Shown here piece by piece: positions 53,315 to 64,000 of a DNA stretch of 64,000 nucleotides. Within the stretch, counting starts at the first letter, position 1. Each line of letters opens with the position of its first letter. Source of the stretch: Cyanidioschyzon merolae (Eukaryota); NCBI GenBank assembly GCA_000091205.1, contig AP006501.2; one strand, 5' to 3'. The position numbers and the translations under genes were made by a program. Below the pieces are notes generated by a model. The model did not search any database, was not told the origin of the DNA, and saw only the letters and a list, made by a program, of their open reading frames with translations.

Positions 53315-54538
53315 AGTTCATCCAAAGGGTTTTTTTCCTGAAACGAACGTACTTCCTCCCGTCCTTAAGTCAGGAGTTTCCCGGAGGATCGAAAGACTTG
53401 GAAAGTAAAGACAAAATGTGTCCCGATGTGTTACCGTGTGCTGAAAGCTTCAGCGATTCGCCCACTAGAACGATCACTACGTTTCACGATAGAAAACACT
53501 CCTTCGATGAGCTTTAACGACCGAGCGCATGCAGAGATAGAAAGCAGCTCTTCCCCGATTGCATTGGTAAAAGCTCAAACGCAAGAAGAATGGTGAAATA
53601 CCACGTTTTCCAATAGAATGACGTCGCTGGACGTCAGGAGAAAGTCTTCAATGATTCGCCAAAGTGGTCGGTGCTGTTGTATGAGCCTTTTCGATGAGCG
53701 AAACTGAGGCCGCAAAATGAATCTACTGCAGTTAGAACAGATAATGATGTCCTCGTTCTCATCGAGCTCGATCGTACATACAATGCGATTCCTCTCCGCA
53801 AATACTCATACACGCTTCGAGCGTATCGTTTGAAGTAAGTCATATTGACTGAAGAAACAAACCGACGTCCCCGTGCTTCATACCGATCGCGACGTGTCAG
53901 GACTTGTGTTCGAGCGATTCGGCGGAAGATGGCCATGCATGCATTTGGACTTTTTTTGCGACTGGATCTCAGTATTTTGATGACCACATATACAGTCTGG
54001 TGTGAAACAGGAACACCAGTAGTAAATCGTATCGACGCCTTTTGCTTTCCCTAGAGTGATCAACGGATCGTCTTCTAGCGTTGAGAGCAATCATGCTTTA
54101 AGAATATCGATTTTGGCACGAAATGCTTTCAATCTTTTCTTTCAGTGTTCCACCACCATCTGTGTTCTCCGCTACGAATGAGCTGAAGGTAAATGCAGTC
54201 CTCGTTGCAATTTTCAGTAAATGATATATCTTGTAAGCAATTCGTCTGTGATCTATGCGGTACATTGATCTGTAATATCCATCTCCATCTAGACAACACA
54301 GCGGAGCCGAAACAGAATTGAGTTGAAAGCCGCTCGCGTACGGCACTGAGCGCCGCGCACGCAATTTCGGGATTCCTTGCGCGTTGCAGACCGCACTCTG
54401 CAGTTGAACGCGTTGAGGCCAGTGGACGCATTCATAGTGTCGAGTGCGTGGACGTATTGTTTGCATAAAAAGCGAGCTCTCTATGAGGTGTTTACGTAAG
54501 TCACTGCTAGATTTGTAGCTCCTGGACTCCTCTATTCG

Positions 54539-55408
54539 ATGGAGAATCTTAGTTTTAGGGAAATTCGAGAGAAGAACGCTTCCAGAGGTGTTCCTTCCCG
54601 TACAGTTCGGTGCACAACGAGGTGGACCGAGGCGCCTCAGGTGAGACGGCAGAGTTTTTCAACGCCTGAAGCCGTCTTTGCTTCAGAAAAGACACGCTTT
54701 TGTGGTGAGCGTCAACTACAGCGCCGCCGCAGGACGCAGCTGTGTGCGTGGGGACTCGTCGAGGGCTCCGCTGTGATTGGAATTCTCGGAATCCTTGTAA
54801 CGCTGAATATTGTTTCCCGAATTTCGGACTCTGCCCGAGGGACGCGCCTCTGGTCTCGGGAGCAAAGAGGCCTCTTTGTTCGCCGCAGGCCACCACCACG
54901 TGAACGCTGCACAAAGTGTGGTGGGTTTGGCATCGTTCGGTGCTCTTTGTGCCGTGGTTCAGGTTTTGTGCTCTACGAGAAGAAGCTCCAGCATAGTGAC
55001 CCGTGCCCGCTATGCACTGCTCGGCGATACATACGTTGCGGCATGTGTCATGGCAGTGGACGGCGGAAACTAGTCAGAAGGCATGACCCTGCGCTGAGCA
55101 GCATTCGCCTCAGCGATCCGACTTCACTGTACAATGCGTTTAGGGCGTGGAGAGAAGAGTTTGTGCGCCGCGGATCGCTTTCAGTAGGCTTTCTGAATCA
55201 CGAGGGCCTCTTGAACCGTGCGTTCCGAGTAGCTTCGGCATTCGCTGACTCGCTCAAAAGCGGTATTGGTCGCAGCTGGTGCACAGTCCAAGAACGTGTT
55301 CGTGCGGGAATTGAGCAACATTTAGAAGCCCGCAAAAAAGCTCGAATGAGTCGAATTGCACGAGCACGCAGTTTCCTTGAAGAGCGTTTACAAAAAGAGT
55401 CACAATGA
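54539..55408 (+). CDS. DnaJ-like CxxCxxG zinc-finger protein, reminiscent of plastid BSD2/LQY1-type proteins
   Basis: CTKCGGFGIVRCSLCRGSGFV...CPLCTARRYIRCGMCHGSG gives four CxxC pairs. Confidence 0.55.
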   Translation: MENLSFREIREKNASRGVPSRTVRCTTRWTEAPQVRRQSFSTPEAVFASEKTRFCGERQLQRRRRTQLCAWGLVEGSAVIGILGILVTLNIVSRISDSARGTRLWSREQRGLFVRRRPPPRERCTKCGGFGIVRCSLCRGSGFVLYEKKLQHSDPCPLCTARRYIRCGMCHGSGRRKLVRRHDPALSSIRLSDPTSLYNAFRAWREEFVRRGSLSVGFLNHEGLLNRAFRVASAFADSLKSGIGRSWCTVQERVRAGIEQHLEARKKARMSRIARARSFLEERLQKESQ

Positions 55409-56524
55409 TCTGAGCCTTAAAGTGCAATTTTCTTGTCCTGACTAATAAAAGGAATATAGCTTTCGCTTCTTGCCTGCATTGCGCCACCGAAGGCAGGTTA
55501 CCGCTGCGGAAACCTATCGGAAAACTTGGCAGCGAGGGAGACCCTGGGGCCATATGAATGATCAGCTGCGTCGCCTTGCACGGTGGCCCACTGGAGCGAG
55601 GGATGCATGCGCATAGAGGGATGTTCCCTTGAGCCTTCTAGATGAGATCGGAGATATGAGCATTACAAGAGCGGCACTGTTGATATCAATGCGCAGGAGC
55701 ATTTGCTTCCAACGGGTGCATTCCCCCTCGATGCATAAACATAAACTAGTGGCCGACATTCGGCCAGAGTTTCCAAATCCTACTCGTTTCGCACAGCGTT
55801 TGAAAAGAAAAGCTTCTTGAAGTAGCTGCATATCGGCAGCGAGAGCACGTGAGCCTGCTGCAGAAGCGCCACGTCGAAAGGAGCGGTCCCGCAGCGCCTG
55901 CGGACGTCGACAGGCCCACTCGCTTGACTGGTTACAAAAGTTTGATGCCAACGCCGTTGAGATTATTCAGCCAAACACGTACCTTCTGCCTCGGAAAACA
56001 ACGGGCTTCCAAGACCTCAAATCACATGGCGATGTCTCATTTTTCTAACCATACAACAGGTAGTTTGCACTGCACGAGAAAGGAATGCAAGATATTTGCC
56101 GTCATCATCTTGTTCTTTGTTGCACGAAAGGACGAATCCTCATCTGGGAATGCTCCAGCGGGCCACCGCCAGTTGGGATCTTGAGCTGGACGATTGTAAG
56201 CGCCCCGTCCCACGAATGCGCCTGGGAAACTAATCTTCTCCTCTCGACGAATTTCTGGCTCAAGGCCTGAATCTCGCGCTAGGCTCGCTCGCCTGCAATA
56301 TCGATTCGCCGGACAGACATCCGCAAAACGCATGGAAAGCATCTTCGATCAGAAATGAGCCCTTCGCTCCGGCTCCTGCACCAAGTCAGGCCATTCGGAA
56401 AATGCACTTGAAGCATCATCAATCAGAAACGAGTCATTCGCTTCCAGTTAAGTGTCAAAAGTGCTTCCACGAGGAACGCTAGAAAAGACTAAACAGCTGG
56501 CGAACCACAAGGCTCAGGTCCTGT

Positions 56525-57295
56525 CTAGTTCTCTGCTCGGTGTTGTTTGAGCCATTGCGCTACAGCCAACCGCAGAAACGCAGGCACAGACTGGTGCGCC
56601 GTCGCAACGTTAAACGCCTGATTGGTGTTCAGTAAGTCGGAGGAGAGCCTATCCGTTTCCAGGTCGCTGGTTTCTAGTGATAACGGGTAGTCTATGCTTC
56701 GCAACCGAAAGTTGAGCAGGTCCTTTCGTGTCCATGCAAAACCGATACCTCGCGCTACACCCGATCCAAACCCTATCCCGAATGCAACTCCACAAAAACA
56801 CCCAACAACAAGCCCATCTTGTGCAAATGGTTCAAGAGAAGGCACCACAACGCACTGCTGCCTCCGAAAACGGTAAGGCCTCCCCAGGCCGAAGCAAACC
56901 CCGTAGCCAGCTCCCACGAAGCAGCCTACGGAAAGACCCACCCCAGCTCGGGGCCAGAACCGTCGATAGTTGTCCCGTGGATCGAACTGCACAGGCCACA
57001 CCTTCTTCGGCTCATTCATGAGAGCCAAGCCTAGCCAACACACACCACAGTTCAAAGGGAGGCAGTTCAGAGACTCGTACCTCTTCCGTCCAGTGCAGCA
57101 TCTCTGAGCGCGCTCATCTGGACGGCGGCGCCAGGCATCTCGCACAAGCAAAGCGCTTGTGCTGTATACTTCAACGCATCGAGTATTCTCGCTTTCGCCG
57201 TGCGAATGCAAGTCGACGTATGCTGACGTGCAACGTATCAAACTTGCGTAAACTATGAGCAATGGGGGTTCTCCCGATCGGAACAGTCTGCACAC
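56525..57295 (-). CDS. Hypothetical membrane protein with two glycine-zipper segments
   Basis: VGCFVGAGYGVCFGLG and VGCFCGVAFGIGFGSGVARGIGFA. Confidence 0.45.
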   Translation of the reverse strand: MCRLFRSGEPPLLIVYASLIRCTSAYVDLHSHGESENTRCVEVYSTSALLVRDAWRRRPDERAQRCCTGRKRYESLNCLPLNCGVCWLGLALMNEPKKVWPVQFDPRDNYRRFWPRAGVGLSVGCFVGAGYGVCFGLGRPYRFRRQQCVVVPSLEPFAQDGLVVGCFCGVAFGIGFGSGVARGIGFAWTRKDLLNFRLRSIDYPLSLETSDLETDRLSSDLLNTNQAFNVATAHQSVPAFLRLAVAQWLKQHRAEN

Positions 57296-58571
57296 CGTTG
57301 GTAGAAATGTGGTGCTGCGGGTTCGACGCGTAGGAAAAGGAAAACAGTCCGTGTCGGCGGATGAACACAGCTCTGCAGGACACGAAGAATCTGAACAGCC
57401 CTCTGAAGTCTCAGAATTCTTGCCTAATAGTCTTTTGCTGATTTTAGGACAAACGAACAGCAGTTTAAGCGCGGGCGGTGCGTTTCAACCTATCCGCGAG
57501 ATGCAGCGGACGTTGTCCGCTCACGCTGACGTGGACTTACAAGTGAGCATTACTGACGACGAGGCGGCCCCGACGCACAAGTCCCTGAAGCTGTTTCCGC
57601 TACGCCAGTACGCAACCGATATACGATGTGAGGGACAGCCGGAATCAGTTGAGCCTGCGCAGGTAACCGGTGTACAGTGGACAAGGTCAGAGCGAGCTCG
57701 GATGAAACGTTCGCCGTCGGGTTGTGCGTCCTCAACAGAGACTGGTGCTCCCGCGAGCAAGCCTCTGGAAGTCGAGGCAGAGCGATCCCTGGAGCATACT
57801 GTGGATGCAATCGGCGCTACGAGAAGCTGGAATTGGCAGGAGCAGCGCTTTTACCGACTGCGAAATCCGCGGCTCCTCCTCGATCTTGTGGGTCAACCGC
57901 TGTTTGTGGATATTCAGTTGCCGCCCAGTGGTGCGAGCTATGGTCAGGTGCGCAGGCGTGTCCAGTTTGCGGATGATGATTATGACTATTATGTCTCATG
58001 CGATTTGCTTTCTTCTGTGCAGACGGACTCTGCGGATCTGGATCATTCAGATGCCTCGGACTCGGAAATCGTCATCATGGTAGACGAGCCTGTTTCGACC
58101 GCAAATGCAGGTCAATCAGCGTCGTACGGGCATTCCCATGAGCAGTCGAGCGTTGAAACCCAGACCCATCGGAGCGCTTCGGTAGCGCCGTGGTCTTTGC
58201 TCCGCTCCAGGATTCGGCGGGCGTCTTCGGAATGCGGCGAAACAGTTGTTACTCAGGATGCGGATGCGGATAAATGCGAGACATCGACACAAACTTCGGA
58301 AGGCTCTAACACGGACTGGTGGGAAGATTTCGAATACAGGGGCGAGCCGTACCAGGCAGATGATCTTCAGCCTGTTAACGGGATATCGAGGGACGCTGCG
58401 TACGCACCAGGGCAAGGTCTCGCGACATCGACCTCCACGAGCCCGTCTATAATTGCCGCTGCTGTGACGCACTCACTGCGGGCATGGGCTGCATATGGCT
58501 CTGACTGCCACGATTCCGAAGAGCACTCGCCGTGTAGCTCGCCCGCGTGGTCGCCCGACATTGATAACTAA
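57255..58571 (+). CDS. Hypothetical acidic low-complexity protein, 438 aa
   Basis: Long ORF rich in D/E/S with no known motif. Its 5' end overlaps the start of the neighbouring divergent ORF, so the true start is probably downstream. Confidence 0.4.
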   Translation: MSNGGSPDRNSLHTVGRNVVLRVRRVGKGKQSVSADEHSSAGHEESEQPSEVSEFLPNSLLLILGQTNSSLSAGGAFQPIREMQRTLSAHADVDLQVSITDDEAAPTHKSLKLFPLRQYATDIRCEGQPESVEPAQVTGVQWTRSERARMKRSPSGCASSTETGAPASKPLEVEAERSLEHTVDAIGATRSWNWQEQRFYRLRNPRLLLDLVGQPLFVDIQLPPSGASYGQVRRRVQFADDDYDYYVSCDLLSSVQTDSADLDHSDASDSEIVIMVDEPVSTANAGQSASYGHSHEQSSVETQTHRSASVAPWSLLRSRIRRASSECGETVVTQDADADKCETSTQTSEGSNTDWWEDFEYRGEPYQADDLQPVNGISRDAAYAPGQGLATSTSTSPSIIAAAVTHSLRAWAAYGSDCHDSEEHSPCSSPAWSPDIDN

Positions 58572-61500
58572 GCGCCGGCGCCTGCAGTGCTTGGCTTTCT
58601 CGAGTAGCTGCTATGTGCTCCGGGCAGAGGTGGCGAATAGAGCAGGAACCAAGCTCGCCAAAAAACGGAAGCGAGCTCCTGAGTTATTTCCTGGTTTTTT
58701 ACGAACACTATGGAGGTATTCCAATTCTTTGTTCAGGTTTCGGATCGTGGCCAGCACTGACGGCGGCAGCAGTAAGCCCGTGCGCTCAGCATAGCAATAA
58801 GCGGGCTCAAGGTCGTCATCACGACTAGATGCTCCCTAATCAGAATAATGACTTGCTGAGCTGATAGCCTTCACTGCATTCACCCTCAATATTGGATGCT
58901 GACTACCTCATGCACATCGTCGCCTCTTTGATCGATGGGAAAGCGGCGCTATCATACTGCTGTCCCATGGATTTCCGACGAGAAACTCTCGAAAGCGGTC
59001 CGGTTTCGTGAAAAGATAGAATGGTGCATCTTTTTGACGGAAATATGATGCTTCCAACACTTGCAAGGCCAGACGTTGCGACATTGTTTCAGACGTAATC
59101 CACACGGGCCGAGCAGCATCTGCAGAAAGCTGGATTCGCGCAACCGACCAGAGAGACATCTTCTGTACTTCTGTCCCTTCTCGGCTGAATCTGGGAACCC
59201 ACTCACACACTATATAAAGTCGCTTAATTGGGATCAGGCTTTCTTAGATTCTCTTGATTGTTTTAATAAAACGACTTGCAGCTCGCACTAATTGTGGAGT
59301 CGTTTGCGTGGCTCTCCGTTGCAGAGCGGAGTTACGCGACAGCCCAAAACATTCATGATGTTCTACATACAGCTGTGAGTTATAGAACGCGTCTCCAAAT
59401 AAACCTTGTTCTTTTGCTCGTTTCTCTCACAGATATCGAAAACCAGGAATGCATCGTTGGACTGAAGAATGGACGCGGAATTTTTTTTGCTTTAAGTGCT
59501 GGCTGGCAGTTGAAAGCCTCAGATTTTCGAGTACTTCGTGCTTCGCTCAGCTAGTGGATGAGCGAACCTTCTTGTTGTCAATCTCTTGAACATTGTCTAC
59601 TCTTGAAAAAGATCAAATCAAAACCTATCCAGATGACTGGCTCCTCAGCAATCCATTCCACCCCAGACTCTCGCTCAAAAAAATAAATGCGAGAGGAGCC
59701 ACAGGATCCGAGTTTTCCCGTTCTTTGACGTGAACCATGATAAAGCGACACGCTTGGAGAACGAAAATGGGACCCTTCTATTCGAGACAGGCGCGCGTGA
59801 AACAACACACCATCGACTTCGTCCTGAAACGCGAATGCGTATTTCGAGAGGCAAGGGCGGTGATCTCGCTCAACGAGACTCCCTTCGGAAGCGATGATGG
59901 TCCTTTGCGTGGGCGCCCAGAGGGCGGCAAATTACTGTTCATGAAGGAAACGCTGGCGGGAATGATCGCAGCATCAGCGCTAGCGGGGATTCAGTCGAAT
60001 GTTCGCCGCCAAATCGCCAAACGGAAAGAATCGTCCAACACCGCATCATAGGTTGAACCACTCTTCGTGGCTTCTTTTCCGCGAACTCATCCATCCTGCT
60101 CTCGCACAACATAGCTTTCCACCGCCCATATGGTGTCGTCTAACACGCTGCTTGCATTCATGTTGGGCTGCTCCTCGTGCCGGTCTCTACTTCGTGGTAT
60201 GATCGAGTCGAACGCGCATTCTATGGCATCAAACGCTCTGTTGACGCTCACGAATCTCTAGACATGTCACTCGAACCGTCGCACCGTTCTTAAACAAGTC
60301 GTGCTCTCCCTTCATCTGCCATGAACTGCTGTGTTGCTTTAGTGCTCGTGCGCGGTATGGAGGTGAAATACGCTCCACGGTCCGTGAATATTCTCGCAAC
60401 CGAGCGGATCACCAGAGGATTCCTGAGGAGGAGGAGTAGATACATATACACCTACGCAGCAGAAGGCGGACTCGGTCCCACCGTCCATCAAGCGCGTCTG
60501 AGCTCCTAGGGGACAAACGTCCATGATATACAGCGCCGAAATCCAAGCCATCTCGCCGAGCAGATGTGAAGAAGGGAAACGCCACTGGGCAGAGAAAAGG
60601 AGGGTTCCCTTGAATAGAGGACTACGAGGGAGAGGACGGAAAATCTGCCGGAGCTGAAAGACCAGTCTGAAAGCGTTGTCAGGTCTTTTTTACCAAAACA
60701 TATTAACCTGGAGCATTCCCAGAAATTGAAGAGAATGACTTCAGTGGGAAGAGCGCAGCTTCACACACAAGGAAGGCTCACCTGATATTTCTCGCATTGA
60801 CGCACGTCGTCAAGCAGCATATCGTGGGAGTTCCGGACGCAGTGCTGCCAGCTGTCCACATTCTTATCGAAAGTTTTCATCATATCTTCCTGAGAAAATG
60901 CAGATGATGCTCTTGTCAGAAGGTTCACTGCGCTCCGATCGTTGGATCCGAGTTTTGGACACCCGCTATCCAGCACGCCTACAAGCATCCCCGCGCCAGT
61001 CAACGATCGGAACATCTAAAGCACAGGTACCAGAAGCCATCGAAGCAATCTCATGAAACGAAACCATTCGTGGGTTAATGTCGAGCGCTTCATGAGGCGG
61101 ACACTGTTGGTATTGTTGCAGTTGTACGCTTATTCCACTGGTCCGGAATTGTAGGAACTGATGCAAAGGGTTCCCGAGGTGTCGATAGATGAGAATGACG
61201 AGCTCGTGACGAAAGAGCTCGTGACGGTCGCGAGTTCTGAAGGGATATCGCAGTGAGAGAGAGAGAGTCGCAACGATGTTCCAAGCTAGCATCAAATGGC
61301 TAAGGTTTGTGGCACTTGTGCCCATCGCACTTGCTGGTGTCTCTCAGATGCTGCATGCGCATGCCCATGAAAGCTTTTGGTGCAGAAGCAGCCTCAAGAA
61401 GATCCGGAAAGTATACAATACGACCGATAGAGCATCAGGCGTCTGCAAAAGTGGTATATCAACAAGTATCAACTATGCTCGCGAACACTGGAGCTTCTTG

Positions 61501-62033
61501 CCTAGCTGCAGCTTTGCCGCCACGTGCGAAAGACAAAATTCGATCGACTCGAGACGAATCTTCTGCGGGGTACTGCGTCAGGGAGTGCAAACCAATTACG
61601 CAGATATAGAAGCTTCTGGGTCAGGGGCAGCCTTGCCGATTGCGAATCCGCAGGTGCTCGAATCTAGCAACACCCGATGATCAACTTTTGCAGCGGCAGA
61701 TTGGAGCGCACTTTGCGCATCACGAGAAGGTTGTACGGAAGCGATCATGCTAACAACTGACTTAAGCCCCGGAGAGTTGTCTTAGAAATCGAGGGGCGGT
61801 TTCGGTGGAACCAGGTTTGCTTATTTACACAAGCAGAGCGCATGTCTATTTGCGCGGGGAAACGCGAAATGCTCCGAAGCTGTGGTGCCCAGGATGCCGT
61901 CGAAGGCGGAACTCCGGCAACTTTGCCAGTCATCCGCCGTTGCCGCGATATGATGCATGCATGCATGCACGTAGCTCACGTGTCTTGTCTGTTTTTGTGA
62001 TGATGCCGGGTAGGACCTCATTTTTTAACTGGA

Positions 62034-63626
62034 TTATTTCCGGAAATGAGTGGCTTTCAGTGGCCCCCAATTCTTTGTAGGATGCGGTGGAAAACGAGGC
62101 TTCTTTGCGCCGGACGATGATGAACTCGCGGTCGTTCGCCTCGCAAAGTCGGCAGGTTCTAGTGGAGGGTCGAACTGCACGTCCGCGGTCGCCTGCTGAA
62201 TACGCTCGCGAACATCCTCCGGGCCTGGCGTTCGCTTCGTTGGCTCCAGCTGTGCCCACGTCCTTAGGATACCCCAGAGCAGTCTCAGAGGTGCGTTCGT
62301 CTTTAGAGCTAGCGGATCGTGGTGACTCTGGGAGCACCGGTACCCGAAACGCCTCTCCAAGATGTGACGAATCGCACTCAAAGGCGGCATAGAACAATGT
62401 AATGCTTTGCACGCTGTCGGCAAATGCAGGTAGAATGGTGGCGTATCGAGCTCCTCATGCGCCAAAGTGAGCAACGCCTGAACGCGCTTATAAGCGGCCA
62501 AATGGGGGGTGAGTTCGCGCAACGGCGGCCTCAGCTCTCCGCTGGCGTCATCAGTACCGCTCTCGAGCGCTTGTCTCAAGGCCCTGACCCAGTCCAAGGA
62601 GTGTAATGCACCCAAATAAAAAGGCCCACCTAGCACCATACGATCCCTAGCGTTGCACACAGTGCAGTGTTGATGCACGGGGGGTCCCAGTGCAACCGCG
62701 AGCCGATCACGCTTTGCATCACAGTTGCTTGTTGCACGTGCAGTCTTGATTCGGCCCAAAGGCTGTACCCAGTAGGAACTGCAATCCATGCAGTGATAAA
62801 TGCTGCCCGTCTTTGCTACCTGATTGAGGACTGCAGCACGGTCATCATGAATACGGACGAATACGCGCACGTAAAAGTCAATGTAAAGGCTCAGCAGAGG
62901 CTCCATGTGACGGCCATGGCGATTCGCTTGTTGGGCTATCGCACCGAGGACGAGTCGGATGGCCTCCTCGTGTGCGTACGGTGCCGCGAGCGATGTCGCA
63001 TGATACCTAGCAAAGCATACTTCTGGCTGAGTCCCACAGAGAACTCGCGAATCCGTGCAAGTTACACATAGTAGACCTCCGTGCCGAATGGCTCGCACTG
63101 CAGGATCCAAAAAGGAGACCGCGGAACCAAAAGGGTCTAAATCGATGACATCAAACGTATCCGAGTGGCTTGCCATGTATGCGTACGCATCTGCACAGTT
63201 CGGAACAAGAATTTCGTTCAGGTCAGCGTTCTCCTGCAAGTTTCGGCAAATTATAGTGTGGGCTTGCGGATCAATATCGTTGGCTACAATACGCTCGATG
63301 CAGTTTGTCTCGCGACAGTAGCGCAAAGCGCGCAGGCCCGTTGCAGAAAGCGCCTCCAGCACGTGAAGCTTTGCTGACGCAGTTCCGTTTTCGCCGTGCT
63401 TTTCGCGCTCACTACGTACCAGCTGCCAGAACTGACGAATCACTAGCACGCTCAAGTCACGATTCACGACCTGAGCAGGATTGATAAAGTTCTCGCCTTT
63501 GCGATAGAAGACGCTGGCGAGGCCTTCACGAAACTCTGCCAGTACCGCTCCCCCGCCAGACACCATTCCGTGCCGTATACAGCGTTCTGCAATAGGCGGC
63601 GGCGGCGGAACGAAGCTGTCCAGCAA
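62034..63626 (-). CDS. TRM1: tRNA (guanine26-N2)-dimethyltransferase TRM1
   Basis: FYRKGENFINPAQVVNRDLSVLVI..VLEALSATGLRALRYCRE..IVANDIDPQA matches the TRM1 family signature. Confidence 0.9.
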   Translation of the reverse strand: MLDSFVPPPPPIAERCIRHGMVSGGGAVLAEFREGLASVFYRKGENFINPAQVVNRDLSVLVIRQFWQLVRSEREKHGENGTASAKLHVLEALSATGLRALRYCRETNCIERIVANDIDPQAHTIICRNLQENADLNEILVPNCADAYAYMASHSDTFDVIDLDPFGSAVSFLDPAVRAIRHGGLLCVTCTDSRVLCGTQPEVCFARYHATSLAAPYAHEEAIRLVLGAIAQQANRHGRHMEPLLSLYIDFYVRVFVRIHDDRAAVLNQVAKTGSIYHCMDCSSYWVQPLGRIKTARATSNCDAKRDRLAVALGPPVHQHCTVCNARDRMVLGGPFYLGALHSLDWVRALRQALESGTDDASGELRPPLRELTPHLAAYKRVQALLTLAHEELDTPPFYLHLPTACKALHCSMPPLSAIRHILERRFGYRCSQSHHDPLALKTNAPLRLLWGILRTWAQLEPTKRTPGPEDVRERIQQATADVQFDPPLEPADFARRTTASSSSSGAKKPRFPPHPTKNWGPLKATHFRK

Positions 63627-64000
63627 GAAATAAGTTCTTCAAACCTAAGAAACAGATCCCTTGACAGAAGAAGCTCACTGGATTGGACACCCGTTTCGTC
63701 AGTGAGCACCCATGGACCGATGTTATACATTATTCCACTGTTTGCAATCGTGGAGGCGGTTGGCTCAGCACCCGTCGCCGCTGCGGCAAACCGCTCGGTC
63801 CGATGGGAAAGACTTGCCTGGTCCTGATGGGACACACGTGCGACTGGAGAGAAGAAGTGGACTTTTCTATGATTACCGGTAGCGTTTGCGTATCTCTGGC
63901 GGATCTTGTGCGATGAATCGATCTTCCAACAGAAAAAATGCGATTGGCAACCCCAATGCCATAAAGTGGAAAGGATCTACGTACGTTAATCGGACGCGCA

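Overview
This 64 kb window looks like a compact, GC-rich (~55%), essentially intron-free eukaryotic nuclear locus. It carries about 22 protein genes on both strands, several in convergent pairs with 3' ends only 20-400 bp apart.

Housekeeping genes I can recognise:
- RNA polymerase I second-largest subunit (A135)
- Sec61-gamma
- ALG10 glucosyltransferase
- a DHHC (DHYC-variant) palmitoyltransferase
- an ELP2-like WD40 protein
- farnesyltransferase beta
- an NVL/Rix7-type double-AAA ATPase
- class-III ADH (glutathione-dependent formaldehyde dehydrogenase)
- organellar ClpB/Hsp78
- SEC11 signal peptidase
- an M3 oligopeptidase
- TRM1 tRNA methyltransferase

Three genes point to a plastid-bearing (algal) lineage:
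- a full-length RelA/SpoT homologue (RSH: HD hydrolase, ppGpp synthetase, TGS and ACT domains)
- a SufE-BolA fusion (SUFE1-type)
- a DnaJ-like CxxCxxG zinc-finger protein

The most notable content is a diverged family of TnpB/Fanzor-like RuvC nuclease ORFs at three loci (~20.4-22.2 kb and ~46.1-47.9 kb on the plus strand, ~52.96-53.31 kb on the minus strand). They carry the RuvC-I GxDxG motif, a Cys/His zinc-ribbon region and the C-terminal 'R(D/E)xNAAxNI' RuvC-III signature. All are broken by in-frame stops or frameshifts.

Other features: a 207-bp x ~10 tandem repeat inside a LisH-domain serine-rich protein gene (open on both strands); a ~290-bp imperfect palindrome at the window start; a (GCN)n poly-Ala tract inside RSH; several ORF-poor segments that may hold ncRNAs or TE remnants.

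No rRNA, convincing tRNA or CRISPR array was found. All identifications are from reading motifs by eye; no searches were run.
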